This document shows positions 10,416 to 20,192 of a DNA stretch of 64,000 nt, piece after piece. The notes beneath the pieces are model-generated. The model worked only from the letters and a program-made list of their open reading frames with translations. It had not been told where the DNA came from and made no database searches. Each line of letters opens with the position of its first letter. The stretch's first letter is position 1. Where the stretch lies: contig JAXGQE010000002.1 of NCBI GenBank assembly GCA_040766585.1, forward strand, positions 70,090 to 134,089, given 5' to 3'. This stretch comes from Candidatus Sumerlaeota bacterium. Its GTDB lineage: Bacteria > Bacillota > SLNR01. A program made the translations under genes and the position numbers.

Positions 10416-10844
10416 ATGACATATCATCGAACCACCATCCGCTATCTACTCTTAGCCATCGGCACTGTATCCGTGGCGTTGGGACTCGTTGGTGTTTTTT
10501 TACCGATTCTGCCCACTACCCCGTTTCTTCTTCTGGCATCCGCCTGTTTCATCCGCAGCTCCACCCGAATGCACCGATGGCTGATGCAGCACCGAATTTT
10601 CGGTCCATACCTGTACAACTATATGGCGCATAAGGCCATCCGACGCAGCACACGCAACGGAACTCTGGTGTTCCTGTGGATTACTCTGGTTATATCGGGT
10701 CTCGCTCTGCGCCAGCTGCATATACAGATACTACTGATGGCGGTGGGTGTGGGAGTTACGATTCATCTGATGATGCTGCGCATTATACCGGATGAGTTGT
10801 TTTTCGCAAGGTCCTTGGATCATCTCGAAGAAACCTCCCAGTAG
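10416..10844 (+). CDS. YbaN-family inner-membrane protein (DUF454)
   Basis: Start MTYHRT with RBS GAAGGAGG. ...GLVGVFLPILPTTPFLLLASACFIRSSTRMHRWL... is the characteristic DUF454/YbaN motif. The ORF-track start at 10269 lacks an RBS. Confidence 0.6.
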   Translation: MTYHRTTIRYLLLAIGTVSVALGLVGVFLPILPTTPFLLLASACFIRSSTRMHRWLMQHRIFGPYLYNYMAHKAIRRSTRNGTLVFLWITLVISGLALRQLHIQILLMAVGVGVTIHLMMLRIIPDELFFARSLDHLEETSQ

Positions 10845-11106
10845 AATTGAAAATATATCTGACGAGATTCCTGATCAATGGAATCTCTTTTTTTATCTCC
10901 AAGGGATTAAATCCCAAATTTTCTTTTTCGCCCCACTGAAACGGAAGGATTAGGCGCGTCATTCGCGAAAGGAGAAGAAAATAGAATCGAGTCTGCTTTA
11001 GCCCTGGTTGGTCATTACCCCTTCATGGATATCTTATCCTTATATATACCAGTGGTATCCCATGTCCCTATTTCCGGTTCATATTCGGAGAAAGCAGGTG
11101 ACCGCC

Positions 11107-14010
11107 ATGCCGAAAACCAAACTGCAGCCCAAACAGTGGACCATCCTGGTCTCAACCGTCATCATCATCGGGCTGATCATCACAATCTCCCTATCTCGCT
11201 GCAGCAACCCCTTATATGCCGATCATGCTGAGGAGGCCGCGCAGCAGGAGTTCCAGGCCGAAATACTGGATTACGATCCTCTCCAGCCTGGCGATCTGGC
11301 TGAGGAAAACCTTCCCCAGACAGAATGTGTCAAAGACGCCGTCCTGTATATTGCCGAAGGACCCGGAAAACCGGAAAACGGCATTGAATCAGCCAGCCTT
11401 TCTCTCCTCGGTCCTTTTGTCGCTGCAGACCCGGCTGATTCCGACGCAGCACTGTCTGCCACTTTCACTGCCGCCCTTCCGTTGCAGCCCATTCAACCTA
11501 TTCAGCCCATACAGCCCATTAACCCCATTCCCCCCATCATCATCGATCCCCCATCATCGGACATCGATGTATTGAATCCGTCAGCCGGCAGCCGACTGAC
11601 AGCGGGAGAATCCTTTACCTTGAAATGGCGGATCGATTCGGGCCGGACCATGACCATCGACATCGACTTCAGCTCCGATGGCGGCGGCACATACAAGTCC
11701 ATCGCAAAGAAAATCCCCAATGAAAATCAATACAAACTGACCGTACCCGCATCCGTATCCAAGGAATGTGTCTTTAAAGTCACTGGCTGGATCGGGGAGA
11801 TCCGCTTTGGATACAATCTGTCTCCCCAGTTTCAGATAGTTCTTCCCCGGGAACCGGATCCTCCGGACGATCCCGAACCGGAACCTGAACCGCCGGATGA
11901 GCCAGAACCCGAGAAACCGGATCTGCCGGTCTATCCCCCCTCCAAATACACACCGGACCGGATTCCCTTTATTAGTGAATACGATCAAGCTGCCCGTTGG
12001 TTTTATCTGGACCATGATCTGACCAATGTGAAAAAGGTCGTCTGGCAGCTGTCCCGCGTTCCATTCCCCTGCAGCGATGTCCGCTCCTGGAAAGATCCTC
12101 CGGGGCTGTTAGCCTGGGCAGATCTGAATCCCAATACCCGGGAATTTGCCGTGGATTTCAACGCGGTGCTTTCTGAACTCACCCATAGCGGTTCTCCGGT
12201 CTCGGCCGCTGCCGACAGCATCCAATTTGAGACCGCAGCCGATGAAGTCCTTCTCCCCCAGACCCAGCGGGAACTCTATGTCCGCATGGTGCTTTTGGAT
12301 GATAAAAACAATGTGATTGGGGCCACTCGCTCCGAATTCCAGGTTATCTATGGAAAACCCGATCTGGAACTGACCGCCGCCGGTGCCATCTACATGATGC
12401 CGGATGTTCCGCGGCCGGAACTGTGGAAGAAAACAACTCCGGGATTTGAAGCCGGAATATTTGAGATTATGCCTGAAAAGGGAACCTGGATCTATGCGGG
12501 CGGTTTCAAGGACTGGAGTTTTGATCTGAAGAAGATCCCCACGGATTCGGTGGAAATTGATGTGCAGATATCCAGCCAACCGTATTCGTACCAGAACATT
12601 TCTGATTTCAAAGAACCGGATGGTCTTGTCTACCGTTCCCGGGAAACCGGGCTGAGTTATACCACTGTTTCTCGTGTCTACCGGATTTCGTTCGGTGATT
12701 TTGCCCCGCCATTGGTACAAATGGGGGACAGCACCATCGCCTACTATATGCGGGCAGTCTGCTATGTCCCAGGTGAGGCTCCCGGCTCCATCGTCCCGGT
12801 GGTCAGCCAAACCCACAAAATCTACTACACCGGCGACCAGCAGCTCTTTTTACTGGGGCAGATCGATTTTGAAAACATGCCCCCGGAAGAGGTACCGGTG
12901 AAGTCGTATGTACCCAACACAGAATTCTACCGGTATTACCCAGCTCGTTGGGCCCTGAAAGACCACGATGAATATTTTGAAGTAACCCGACCCATTCAGG
13001 CAGAAGAAATCTGCTTCTACATTAAAAACAACAAGACCGGCGATTTCCTCTTCCCTTACCCGGTCCACATGAACATGTTCCCCGGTACCACCCGGGCAGA
13101 ATACCAGGCCATTGTGGATCGTATGCTGCCGCCGGGCGCCTGGTTCCACCTGACCATGAACCAGAGCAGCTGGGATGCCTTCTGGGGTGAATTTTTTGAC
13201 TTGCTGGATCAGATCTATACCAGCATCCAGGAAAATTACAACGGTCTGAAAAGCTCCCTGGCCAATCTGGTGGCCGATCGATTTGCCTTTATGGGCAGCA
13301 CTGTGCAAGGATACATCCGATCGGCAGTGCGGGGGCTGATCGACTACGGACTGGCCTCGGTGGGCCTTCCCCCCAGCCTGCCCAACTTTGCCGAACTGGC
13401 CGATTCCGGTATGGATTACTGCGTCCGGGTCGCTCTGGAAGAAGCGGCTCTGTCCATGGGCATTCCGCCGGAAGAGATCCCACCGGAAGTACGCAACGAA
13501 ATCATTGATGAAACCAAAAAGCAAATAAAGAGTGTGGCTACAGTGGGCAATGTCAATCCCCTGGATGTGGATTATTTAAAGCCGGCCACTGAGGCCATGT
13601 ATCAGCCAGCCTGGGTGGATGTCAATGTACACAATCCCCACGATCAGTGGAGTCCTTCCGGGACCATGACCTTATCGTATTATCCCGTCGGAAAACCTCA
13701 CTTTAAGATCTACCAGTATGTCAGCCTCCCTGTGCCTTCCCTGGCCCCGGGAGCCCATACCTTCATCCGTGTTCATCTGAAACCGGACAACACCGAACTG
13801 CCGGTATGGAAAGAATACTACTGGGGGGATATCGGCCAGTGCGTCTTTGAATTGAAAGTCACCTACCATGTGCCGGATGTGGATACCGCAGCCGCCCAGC
13901 AGGGTGCTGTCGGTGAGAATTCTCTCAAACCCGATGTATTTGTGTACGATCGGGATCCGGTATTTACTCTGACCCGTACTGAAGCGCCCTGCAATCCCAT
14001 TTACGATTGA
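11107..14010 (+). CDS. Large (~967 aa) membrane-anchored extracellular protein of unknown function with Pro-rich tandem repeats
   Basis: Start MPKTKLQPKQW (RBS GGAGAAAG). Single N-terminal TM (WTILVSTVIIIGLIITISL). (PIQ)x4 and PDDPEPEPEPPDEPEPEKPDLP linkers. No motif I can assign to a known family; coding periodicity maintained across 2.9 kb. Confidence 0.6.
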   Translation: MPKTKLQPKQWTILVSTVIIIGLIITISLSRCSNPLYADHAEEAAQQEFQAEILDYDPLQPGDLAEENLPQTECVKDAVLYIAEGPGKPENGIESASLSLLGPFVAADPADSDAALSATFTAALPLQPIQPIQPIQPINPIPPIIIDPPSSDIDVLNPSAGSRLTAGESFTLKWRIDSGRTMTIDIDFSSDGGGTYKSIAKKIPNENQYKLTVPASVSKECVFKVTGWIGEIRFGYNLSPQFQIVLPREPDPPDDPEPEPEPPDEPEPEKPDLPVYPPSKYTPDRIPFISEYDQAARWFYLDHDLTNVKKVVWQLSRVPFPCSDVRSWKDPPGLLAWADLNPNTREFAVDFNAVLSELTHSGSPVSAAADSIQFETAADEVLLPQTQRELYVRMVLLDDKNNVIGATRSEFQVIYGKPDLELTAAGAIYMMPDVPRPELWKKTTPGFEAGIFEIMPEKGTWIYAGGFKDWSFDLKKIPTDSVEIDVQISSQPYSYQNISDFKEPDGLVYRSRETGLSYTTVSRVYRISFGDFAPPLVQMGDSTIAYYMRAVCYVPGEAPGSIVPVVSQTHKIYYTGDQQLFLLGQIDFENMPPEEVPVKSYVPNTEFYRYYPARWALKDHDEYFEVTRPIQAEEICFYIKNNKTGDFLFPYPVHMNMFPGTTRAEYQAIVDRMLPPGAWFHLTMNQSSWDAFWGEFFDLLDQIYTSIQENYNGLKSSLANLVADRFAFMGSTVQGYIRSAVRGLIDYGLASVGLPPSLPNFAELADSGMDYCVRVALEEAALSMGIPPEEIPPEVRNEIIDETKKQIKSVATVGNVNPLDVDYLKPATEAMYQPAWVDVNVHNPHDQWSPSGTMTLSYYPVGKPHFKIYQYVSLPVPSLAPGAHTFIRVHLKPDNTELPVWKEYYWGDIGQCVFELKVTYHVPDVDTAAAQQGAVGENSLKPDVFVYDRDPVFTLTRTEAPCNPIYD

Positions 14011-14086
14011 TCGACCGGAAGTAGCTTCACTGCAACGATCCAGAAATTCTGTTTGAACCATTCTATAAAGAAAGCATTAGCACAAA

Positions 14087-14140
14087 AAAACCTGCTGCAA
14101 GATCTGCTCACGCAGTGTTCTTGCCGCAGGTTTTATTTAT
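14087..14140. terminator. Bidirectional rho-independent terminator between convergent genes
   Basis: aaaaaaaCCTGCTGCAAGA-tctgctcacgcagtgt-TCTTGCCGCAGGttttattt: 12-bp stem (1 mismatch) flanked by A-tract and T-tract. Confidence 0.5.
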
Positions 14141-14145
14141 CCTGA

Positions 14146-14640
14146 TTACTTTCCGGATTTTCCTCTGACCTTGACAGAAGCGGTCTCAAACTCTCCGTCC
14201 TCTTCCTCTTCTTCTCCGTCTTCTTCTTCCTCTTCTTCTTCACCATCATCTTCGTCTACTTCTTCTTCATCATCATCTTCATCTGCTTCTTCACCGCGCA
14301 TAGCTCGAATGGCATCCGCTACAGCTCCGGGATAAGTGTGCGCAAGCTCGCTAATGGCCTTTCCGAAGTCCCTACCTTCCAGTTCTGGGTACAGAGCTCG
14401 GGCTCCATCGCATTCGTCCATATCTTCTTCCGGTTCCTCTTCCTCCGGTTCTTCCAGATCTTCCTCGGGTTCTTCCATATCTTCCTCAGGTTCTTCGATA
14501 TCCCCCTCAGGATCGTCGCCTTCTTCCATCTGTGCAGTGGCCAATCCCAAGATTGATACGCCTTTGGCTGCCAGAGCTCCCGTAGATAATGCCAGGATCA
14601 AAAGTACAGCCAACAGGGTAATCCAAGTGGTCTTTTTCAT
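14146..14640 (-). CDS. Small hyper-acidic secreted protein (poly-Glu/Asp repeats)
   Basis: RBS GAGGAGGGG. Signal peptide MKKTTWITLLAVLLILALSTGALA. Repeats EPEEDMEEPEEDLEEPEEEEPEEDMDE and a DEEEVDEDDGEEEEEEEDGEEEEEDGE tail. Confidence 0.55.
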   Translation of the reverse strand: MKKTTWITLLAVLLILALSTGALAAKGVSILGLATAQMEEGDDPEGDIEEPEEDMEEPEEDLEEPEEEEPEEDMDECDGARALYPELEGRDFGKAISELAHTYPGAVADAIRAMRGEEADEDDDEEEVDEDDGEEEEEEEDGEEEEEDGEFETASVKVRGKSGK

Positions 14641-14699
14641 ATCACCCCTCCTCGTATTATAAGAATACAGCTAATAATCACAGCAATATTCTTATTTAT

Positions 14700-16480
14700 T
14701 TTTTGAAGCAATATCCTAATGCTACAATAACCATATAGGTTATTAGCGAAGGTTTGAGCTTATCTTCCTTGCAAAGCATTTGCTGTTGCTACGAAAGCTT
14801 GCTCCCTGACTTAAGTCTCAAATGCTGCTTACTCAGATTTTGCATCCCTACCAGTAGCCCCCAGCAAGGCGTTTCTGTTGGGTGAATGCTTATTATGCGA
14901 GGTTTCAGTTAGCGCTTAAGATTAGGATATTCTTTCTCTAATTTCCTCATCTCTACCACGAAAGGGGTGATACTGTGAAAAAATCAGAGTATTTATCTAC
15001 TTTGTTTGTGGGCATTGATGTATCTGCCCGTGCAAATGTCATTTGCGCTTTGAATTTCGAACAGGACAGGCTGTTGGAATTTGCTGTCGCTAATTCTCAG
15101 CCCGGCGCGGATCAAATTGCTGATACGCTTTCTATCTTGTTGGCGGATGGCAATTTTACCCGGGTCGTTATTGCTTTAGAGTCCACTTCCTTTTATGGGA
15201 TTCACATTGCCAATTTTCTATCTTCCTGTGCCCTATTGGCGCCCTATAATACCTATGTTTACTGTCTTAATCCAAAGATGATCGCCAACTACAAGAAATC
15301 TTTCATTGGTATAGGCAAAAAGGATCCGCTGGATGCTTTCGTTATTGCGGATTTTGCCCGTGTAGGGAGAATCAGTTCTGAGCCCTGGCGTGGGTCCCAA
15401 TTCCTTGCTCTGCAACGTTTGACCAGGCATCGCCTCCATTTAATCGAGTGCTTAACTAGGGAAAAAACATACATGCTCTCTAATATCTTTCTGAAATTCA
15501 GCGAGTTTGCAACACTGACGAAGGGCAACCATCCTTTCTCCAACAAATATGGAGCGACCGCTTCTGCTGTGTTAACCGATTTTCTATCCAATGAACAGAT
15601 CGCGCAAGCATCCATGGAAGAGCTCATCTCTTTCGTCAGTGAAAAGGGAAAAAATCGTTTCAACAATCCCCAAGAAGTAGCTTCCATTTTGCAAGCTGCT
15701 GCCAGAAATTCGTATCGTTTGGATAAGTGCCTTTACGAACCCTTGACCATCTCCATTGCCTCTTCATTCAACTGCTTAAAAGCTTTTGAGGCGGAGATCA
15801 AGTCTATCGACAAGGCCATTGAAAAAACTGCTTTGGGACTTAACCCGGCTGAATATCTTTGCTTGAAATCCATACCGGGTATCGGTCCGGTTTTTGCATC
15901 CGGTATACTTGCTGAAATCGGTAGCATCCATGCCTTTGCCAATCACTCGGCACTAGCTAAATATGCAGGTATTGTATGGAACCAAAACCAGTCTGGCGAC
16001 TTCCATTCTGAAGACTCACGCATGAGCAAAGCCGGCAATAAATATCTTCGTTATTATTTGATAGAAGCGACAGGGAGCGTCCTTCGTCAAATTCCGGAAT
16101 ACAATGCCTTCTATCAAAAGAAGTTCAGTGAAGTGAAAACCCATCAGCACAAAAGAGCACTCGCACTCACATCACGGAAATTTATCCGTTTGGTTTTTGG
16201 ATTGCTGGCCAAGAATCAACTTTTTGTCCCACAAGGAGTAGATCATACTCCTTGTTCATAGCTTCTTTGCTACCTTGATTTTTTCTTTGAAATCCCAGGC
16301 TTTTTTGTCATGTGCTTTTTTATTCATTCAGTTCGATTATCCCTAAATTTATCGCTTGACATATTACCAGATTGCTTTCTGTAATGAATACAGATCAACG
16401 ATTGCTTTCACCGTATCAGAGAATGAATAAAAAGTCAACACATATTAACAGGCCGTTGATAGGGACATCCATATAAACCA
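14700..16480 (+). mobile_element. IS110-family insertion sequence (copy 1); ends approximate
   Basis: Contains the DEDD transposase 14975..16261 with ~330 nt upstream and ~240 nt downstream non-coding flanks, inserted between the acidic-protein gene and rnhA. IS110 elements lack classical TIR/TSD, so boundaries cannot be fixed by eye. Confidence 0.4.
14975..16261 (+). CDS. IS110-family transposase (DEDD N-terminal domain plus Transposase_20 C-terminal domain)
   Basis: GTG start. N-terminus LFVGIDVSARANVICAL (DEDD_Tnp_IS110). C-terminus ...LKSIPGIGPVFASGILAEIGSIHAFANHSALAKYAGIVWNQNQSGDF...SKAGNKYLRYYLIEA. Confidence 0.85.
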   Translation: MKKSEYLSTLFVGIDVSARANVICALNFEQDRLLEFAVANSQPGADQIADTLSILLADGNFTRVVIALESTSFYGIHIANFLSSCALLAPYNTYVYCLNPKMIANYKKSFIGIGKKDPLDAFVIADFARVGRISSEPWRGSQFLALQRLTRHRLHLIECLTREKTYMLSNIFLKFSEFATLTKGNHPFSNKYGATASAVLTDFLSNEQIAQASMEELISFVSEKGKNRFNNPQEVASILQAAARNSYRLDKCLYEPLTISIASSFNCLKAFEAEIKSIDKAIEKTALGLNPAEYLCLKSIPGIGPVFASGILAEIGSIHAFANHSALAKYAGIVWNQNQSGDFHSEDSRMSKAGNKYLRYYLIEATGSVLRQIPEYNAFYQKKFSEVKTHQHKRALALTSRKFIRLVFGLLAKNQLFVPQGVDHTPCS

Positions 16481-16509
16481 ATATGCTCGAATTACCACCG
16501 ACTGCTTAT

Positions 16510-16920
16510 TCAATCATCCACAAGCTGTTTGCTGGCTTGTTTCGACAATGCATCCGCCCGGGTATTCCGTTCACGGGGGATATGGACAAACCCGGACTGA
16601 GCAAACTGCCGGCGCAGTCTCTGCACTTCTTCAAACAGGGGACGCAGCCCTTCGTTTTTCACCTTGTATTCCCCCAGGATCTGACGAACCAGAAGCTGGC
16701 TGTCACTGGCCACCACTACTGTACGGGCATTTATGGCCAACGCCTCCCGCAAACCCCGAATCACGGCAGAGTATTCGGCTACATTGTTGGTGGTCTCACC
16801 AATGGATTCGCTGATTTCCCGGAGGATTTCCCCTTCCCGTGTGCAGAGCATAACACCGATTCCGGCGGGTCCAGGGTTTCCCCGAGATGCCCCGTCTGTA
16901 TATACAATCACTTCGTCCAT
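16510..16920 (-). CDS. rnhA: Ribonuclease HI
   Basis: MDEVIVYTDGASRGNPGPAGIGVML...ETTNNVAEYSAVIRGLREA...IPRERNTRADALS: RNase H type 1 catalytic DEDD residues. RBS AAGGAG. Confidence 0.85.
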   Translation of the reverse strand: MDEVIVYTDGASRGNPGPAGIGVMLCTREGEILREISESIGETTNNVAEYSAVIRGLREALAINARTVVVASDSQLLVRQILGEYKVKNEGLRPLFEEVQRLRRQFAQSGFVHIPRERNTRADALSKQASKQLVDD

Positions 16921-16994
16921 ACCGGCTCCTTATCTGCCGGAATCCATATGTCCGGCGCTGGAATCACCGGCAACACCGCAGCCGGTTCTTCCCT

Positions 16995-17711
16995 TTATTC
17001 TTTTTCCCAGTGCAAAATCCTGCCGCAGCTTTCGCATTGAATCAGCCGATCTCCTTTTTTAATCTCTCGCATCTGGGCTGCGGATATCCCTACCCGGCAG
17101 CCAGTGCACACCTGCTTTTCGATCCGTGCCAGGGGACGGCTGCCCAAACGCAGGCGAGCAGTCTGATAACGGCTCACCAGGTCTGAAGGGATAGCTGCTG
17201 CCAGTTCTTCCCGCTGATCCGGAATCCGGGCCAGCTCTTTTTCCAGCTGTTCTGCGCTTTCCTGACGGATTCTTTCCATATGATCCAATCGATCCTGCAT
17301 CTGCCCGCATTCTTCTTCCGCCTTTTCAATCTCATTTCCCAGGATTTCCACACGCTCCATTCGCTCCAGAATACGGTCTTCCAACTGGGATCGAGTCCGG
17401 TCCAGATCATCAATCATGCGGGTCATTTTCTCCAGTTCCTTCATATTGGTTACAGTACCGTCGTACATTCTCTTGCGGATATCCTCCCGCCGGTCCACCG
17501 CCAGTTTCAGATCCAGCTCCATGCGGTGCTGGTCTTTAATGGTGTCCGCCAGTTCTTTTTTGGCTCTTTCCCTCCGGCCGAGAGCCTCCTGAAGTTTTTC
17601 TTTCTCCTCCAGATATTCCGGGTCAGTCTCCAATTGATCCTTTTTCTTATTGAGGTTTTCTTCCTGCAGGTCCAATTCCTGCAGGCGGTACAACATGTCA
17701 GTCATGGCCAT
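16995..17711 (-). CDS. C4-type zinc-ribbon coiled-coil protein (zf-RING_7 / HP0958-like)
   Basis: Start MAMTDML with RBS GGGAGGGG. Long coiled-coil followed by CTGCRVGIS...CESCGRIL zinc ribbon. Conserved neighbour of nif3 in Firmicutes. Confidence 0.7.
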   Translation of the reverse strand: MAMTDMLYRLQELDLQEENLNKKKDQLETDPEYLEEKEKLQEALGRRERAKKELADTIKDQHRMELDLKLAVDRREDIRKRMYDGTVTNMKELEKMTRMIDDLDRTRSQLEDRILERMERVEILGNEIEKAEEECGQMQDRLDHMERIRQESAEQLEKELARIPDQREELAAAIPSDLVSRYQTARLRLGSRPLARIEKQVCTGCRVGISAAQMREIKKGDRLIQCESCGRILHWEKE

Positions 17712-17773
17712 CGATTCATCCCCTCCCTGCTGTTGATCCTTAAATAAAGTATGAAAAGAGGACAGACCACCGT

Positions 17774-18571
17774 CTATCCTCTTTGCTTCGGGTGCATCCA
17801 TTCCGGTGATGCGGAAGCAGAAACCCGGCATTCAATATCCATATTGTTCTCCCGGAACCTTCGTTTCAGGTACGCCGCCAGATCATCCACTGCAGGCTCT
17901 TCCGTCTGAGCATGGCCGGCATCCATCAGACAGAGTCCCCGCGCCCTGGCCTCCAGCAGATCGTGATACCCGATATCCCCGGTAATCAGAATCTGGGCAC
18001 CGAAGTCTACCGCGCTTTTCACCAGATCTCCGCCGCTGCCTCCGCAGACGGCTACTTTCTCGATCCGGCATTCATCCGGTCCAAAATACTGATAGTCCCG
18101 CAGGGATAAACGCTCTCTTGCATATTCCACCAGACCGGCCAAGGACATGGGCAGCGGCAAAGAACCGCCTCGTCCCATGGTTGTTCTAGGCAGCGGTTGA
18201 ATGTCTTTTAGCTGCAGCCGGTTGGCCAGCACCGTGCTGACCCCTTCTGCTGCGGCATCCAAATTGGTGTGGGCGGCATAGACAACCACACCGGCGCTCA
18301 AAGTCTCAGCCAAAAGCTCCACCAAGGGTTCCTCTGTATTCAAAACTCGCAGAGGGGTAAAAATCACCGGATGATGAACCACCACCATCTGAGCCTGCAT
18401 CCGTTTGGCCTCGTTCAGTACATCCAAGGTAAAGTCCAGAGCCATCAGCACAGTATCCACCGACACAGACGGATCCCCCACCTGCAGACCCACATTGTCC
18501 CAGTCACAGGCCAGATCGCGAGGGGCTCTTTCTTCAATTATTTGAAAGATGTCGACAGCCCGGACAGCCAT
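17774..18571 (-). CDS. Nif3-family dinuclear metal center protein (YqfO)
   Basis: MAVRAVDIFQIIEERAPRDLACDWDNVGLQVGD... typical NIF3 N-terminus; 265 aa. Confidence 0.8.
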   Translation of the reverse strand: MAVRAVDIFQIIEERAPRDLACDWDNVGLQVGDPSVSVDTVLMALDFTLDVLNEAKRMQAQMVVVHHPVIFTPLRVLNTEEPLVELLAETLSAGVVVYAAHTNLDAAAEGVSTVLANRLQLKDIQPLPRTTMGRGGSLPLPMSLAGLVEYARERLSLRDYQYFGPDECRIEKVAVCGGSGGDLVKSAVDFGAQILITGDIGYHDLLEARARGLCLMDAGHAQTEEPAVDDLAAYLKRRFRENNMDIECRVSASASPEWMHPKQRG

Positions 18572-19251
18572 GCCAGAACCTCCTCCAGCTCTTCAATTCT
18601 CCCCGATATATCTTCCATGCGTTCTGTTTTATCTTCCGACCGGCTGTTGCCCAGCTGGCTCAACACCTCTTGCCAGTGTTTCTTCTGATCTTCCAGATAC
18701 CCAGCCAAAAGAGGGTTCCTGGCTTCCAGCAGCCGCGGTCCGACCCGATGGCGGATGCGGGAAAATGCATCATCACTACCCGGTTCCGCCGCAATGATTT
18801 CGTAATATTTATCGTCTTCCCGAATGAGATCTTCCTGAGCCGGATACCAGCCCTGCAGGTCCAGCCAGCGTCTCAGAGTTTCCTGCCCGCTCATGGGCTG
18901 AAGAACCAGTCGCTTCAAATGCATCCGATGGGCCGATCCCCGCTGCAGAATATCCACCATGGTGCTTCCACCCATGCCGGCCATCACCGCCACATCCACC
19001 TCTCCCGGCTCCACCACATCCAGTCCGTCACCCAAACGTAATTCGACCCGGTCTTCCATGCCGTGTTCACAGACACAGGCGAAAGCCCGGGCAAACGGAC
19101 CGGCGCTGATTTCAGTGGCCAGCACCCGTGGATGGGTTCCGCGCATGGCTAAGAATATGGGCAGATAGGCATGGTCCGTACCGATATCCACCACACGGGA
19201 CTTTTTCGGGATCATAGAAGCCAACGCGAACAAGCGGGCAGACAGCTGCAT
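18538..19251 (-). CDS. trmK: tRNA (adenine22-N1)-methyltransferase TrmK
   Basis: Start MQLSARLFALASMI...VVDIGTDHAYLPIFLA (RBS GAGGAGG). Class I SAM-MTase TrmK/YqfN family; conserved position downstream of sigA. Confidence 0.7.
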   Translation of the reverse strand: MQLSARLFALASMIPKKSRVVDIGTDHAYLPIFLAMRGTHPRVLATEISAGPFARAFACVCEHGMEDRVELRLGDGLDVVEPGEVDVAVMAGMGGSTMVDILQRGSAHRMHLKRLVLQPMSGQETLRRWLDLQGWYPAQEDLIREDDKYYEIIAAEPGSDDAFSRIRHRVGPRLLEARNPLLAGYLEDQKKHWQEVLSQLGNSRSEDKTERMEDISGRIEELEEVLAWLSGLSTSFK

Positions 19252-19439
19252 TGGACGGACCTCCTCACAGATTCTCTTACTTATCATTCCCCACTCAATG
19301 CTAAAATCCTTTCTCCGGACCCATCCCTTCGGATTGAGAACAAAGGAAAGGAATATTTTTATGGGTGTGAATTGAAAAAAGAGGAAAAAACACCTTGATT
19401 TCAGAATCTAAGCAAAAACTGAACATTGGGGGTGTTTGC

Positions 19440-19916
19440 ATGGTCGCTGCTGAGTCTCGTTTCCTTCCGCGCCTGATCCGGTTCTGGCTGCTGCACTTTG
19501 GTCTTGCCCTGGTGGGAGGACTGATCATGTATGTCGGTTCCTATCTGCAATCCGCCGGAGCCACCTTGTTGGCCCCTGTGGTGGTCCTGATCTTCAGCGT
19601 TGGTTTCACCATCCTGTACTATATGCTGATGAAACAGCTGGCCCGCCATCTTCTCAATGACCGGGCAGAAGGCCGGCTTTTTGCCATCGCTGGCAGCATC
19701 CCTTTTTTCATTCTCATCGCGGTTTCTTTCTATCTTCGGGCAGAGATCCCCTACAACAGCATCCCGGCGGGACTGGTCCTGGTTCCGGTCACACTGCCGT
19801 TCCAGGGGTGGATCGAAACGGTATTCCCCCTGCTTTCTATGCAAGTTCTGGCTTTATCCGTACCCTTGGTCTTTATGGGAAGCATTCTGGCTGGAACCGC
19901 CATGAAGCCCCGCTGA
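19440..19916 (+). CDS. Hypothetical polytopic membrane protein
   Basis: 4-5 hydrophobic helices (LIRFWLLHFGLALVGGLIMYV, LLAPVVVLIFSVGFTILYYML, FAIAGSIPFFILIAVSFYL, LVLVPVTLPF...). The antisense ORF 19401..19844 is low-complexity charged and judged spurious. Confidence 0.4.
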   Translation: MVAAESRFLPRLIRFWLLHFGLALVGGLIMYVGSYLQSAGATLLAPVVVLIFSVGFTILYYMLMKQLARHLLNDRAEGRLFAIAGSIPFFILIAVSFYLRAEIPYNSIPAGLVLVPVTLPFQGWIETVFPLLSMQVLALSVPLVFMGSILAGTAMKPR

Positions 19917-20023
19917 TCCTACTGAAAAGCCCCCAGACACACAAATACCTCATGGATAATCCATGAGGTTTCTTTCGGCTGCAATCACTGCGTCTGTCCG
20001 CATCCTGCACCGTAATATATTCG

Positions 20024-20099
20024 TGGTGACCCCACCGGGATTCGAACCCGGGTTACCGCCGTGAAAGGGCGGTGTCTTAGGCCGCTTGACCATGGGGCC
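20024..20099 (-). tRNA. tRNA-Glu (anticodon UUC)
   Basis: Reverse strand: GGCCCCAUGGUCAAGCGG...ACCGCC-CUUUCAC-GGCGG...GGUUCGAAUCCCGGUGGGGUCACCA; anticodon loop CU-UUC-AC; CCA encoded. Confidence 0.85.
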
Positions 20100-20112
20100 G
20101 ATGAAATGAAAT

Positions 20113-20188
20113 TGGTGGGCCCACCAGGGCTCGAACCTGGGACCGACCGGTTATGAGCCGGGAGCTCTACCAACTGAGCTATGGGCCC
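20113..20188 (-). tRNA. tRNA-Met (anticodon CAU; elongator or tRNA-Ile2 lysidine type)
   Basis: Reverse strand: GGGCCCAUAGCUCAGUUGGUAGAGC...CU-CAU-AA...GGUUCGAGCCCUGGUGGGCCCACCA. Anticodon stem lacks the 3 GC pairs of initiator tRNA. Confidence 0.8.
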
Positions 20189-20192
20189 TGAT

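Noticed and set aside
12109-12816. 235-aa minus-strand ORF (also 12850..13524, 11581..12015)
   Set aside because: Antisense to the well-supported 2.9-kb large protein gene; high-GC antisense frames stay open by chance.
19985-20173. 62-aa minus-strand ORF
   Set aside because: Spans tRNA-Glu and tRNA-Met genes; translation of tRNA sequence.
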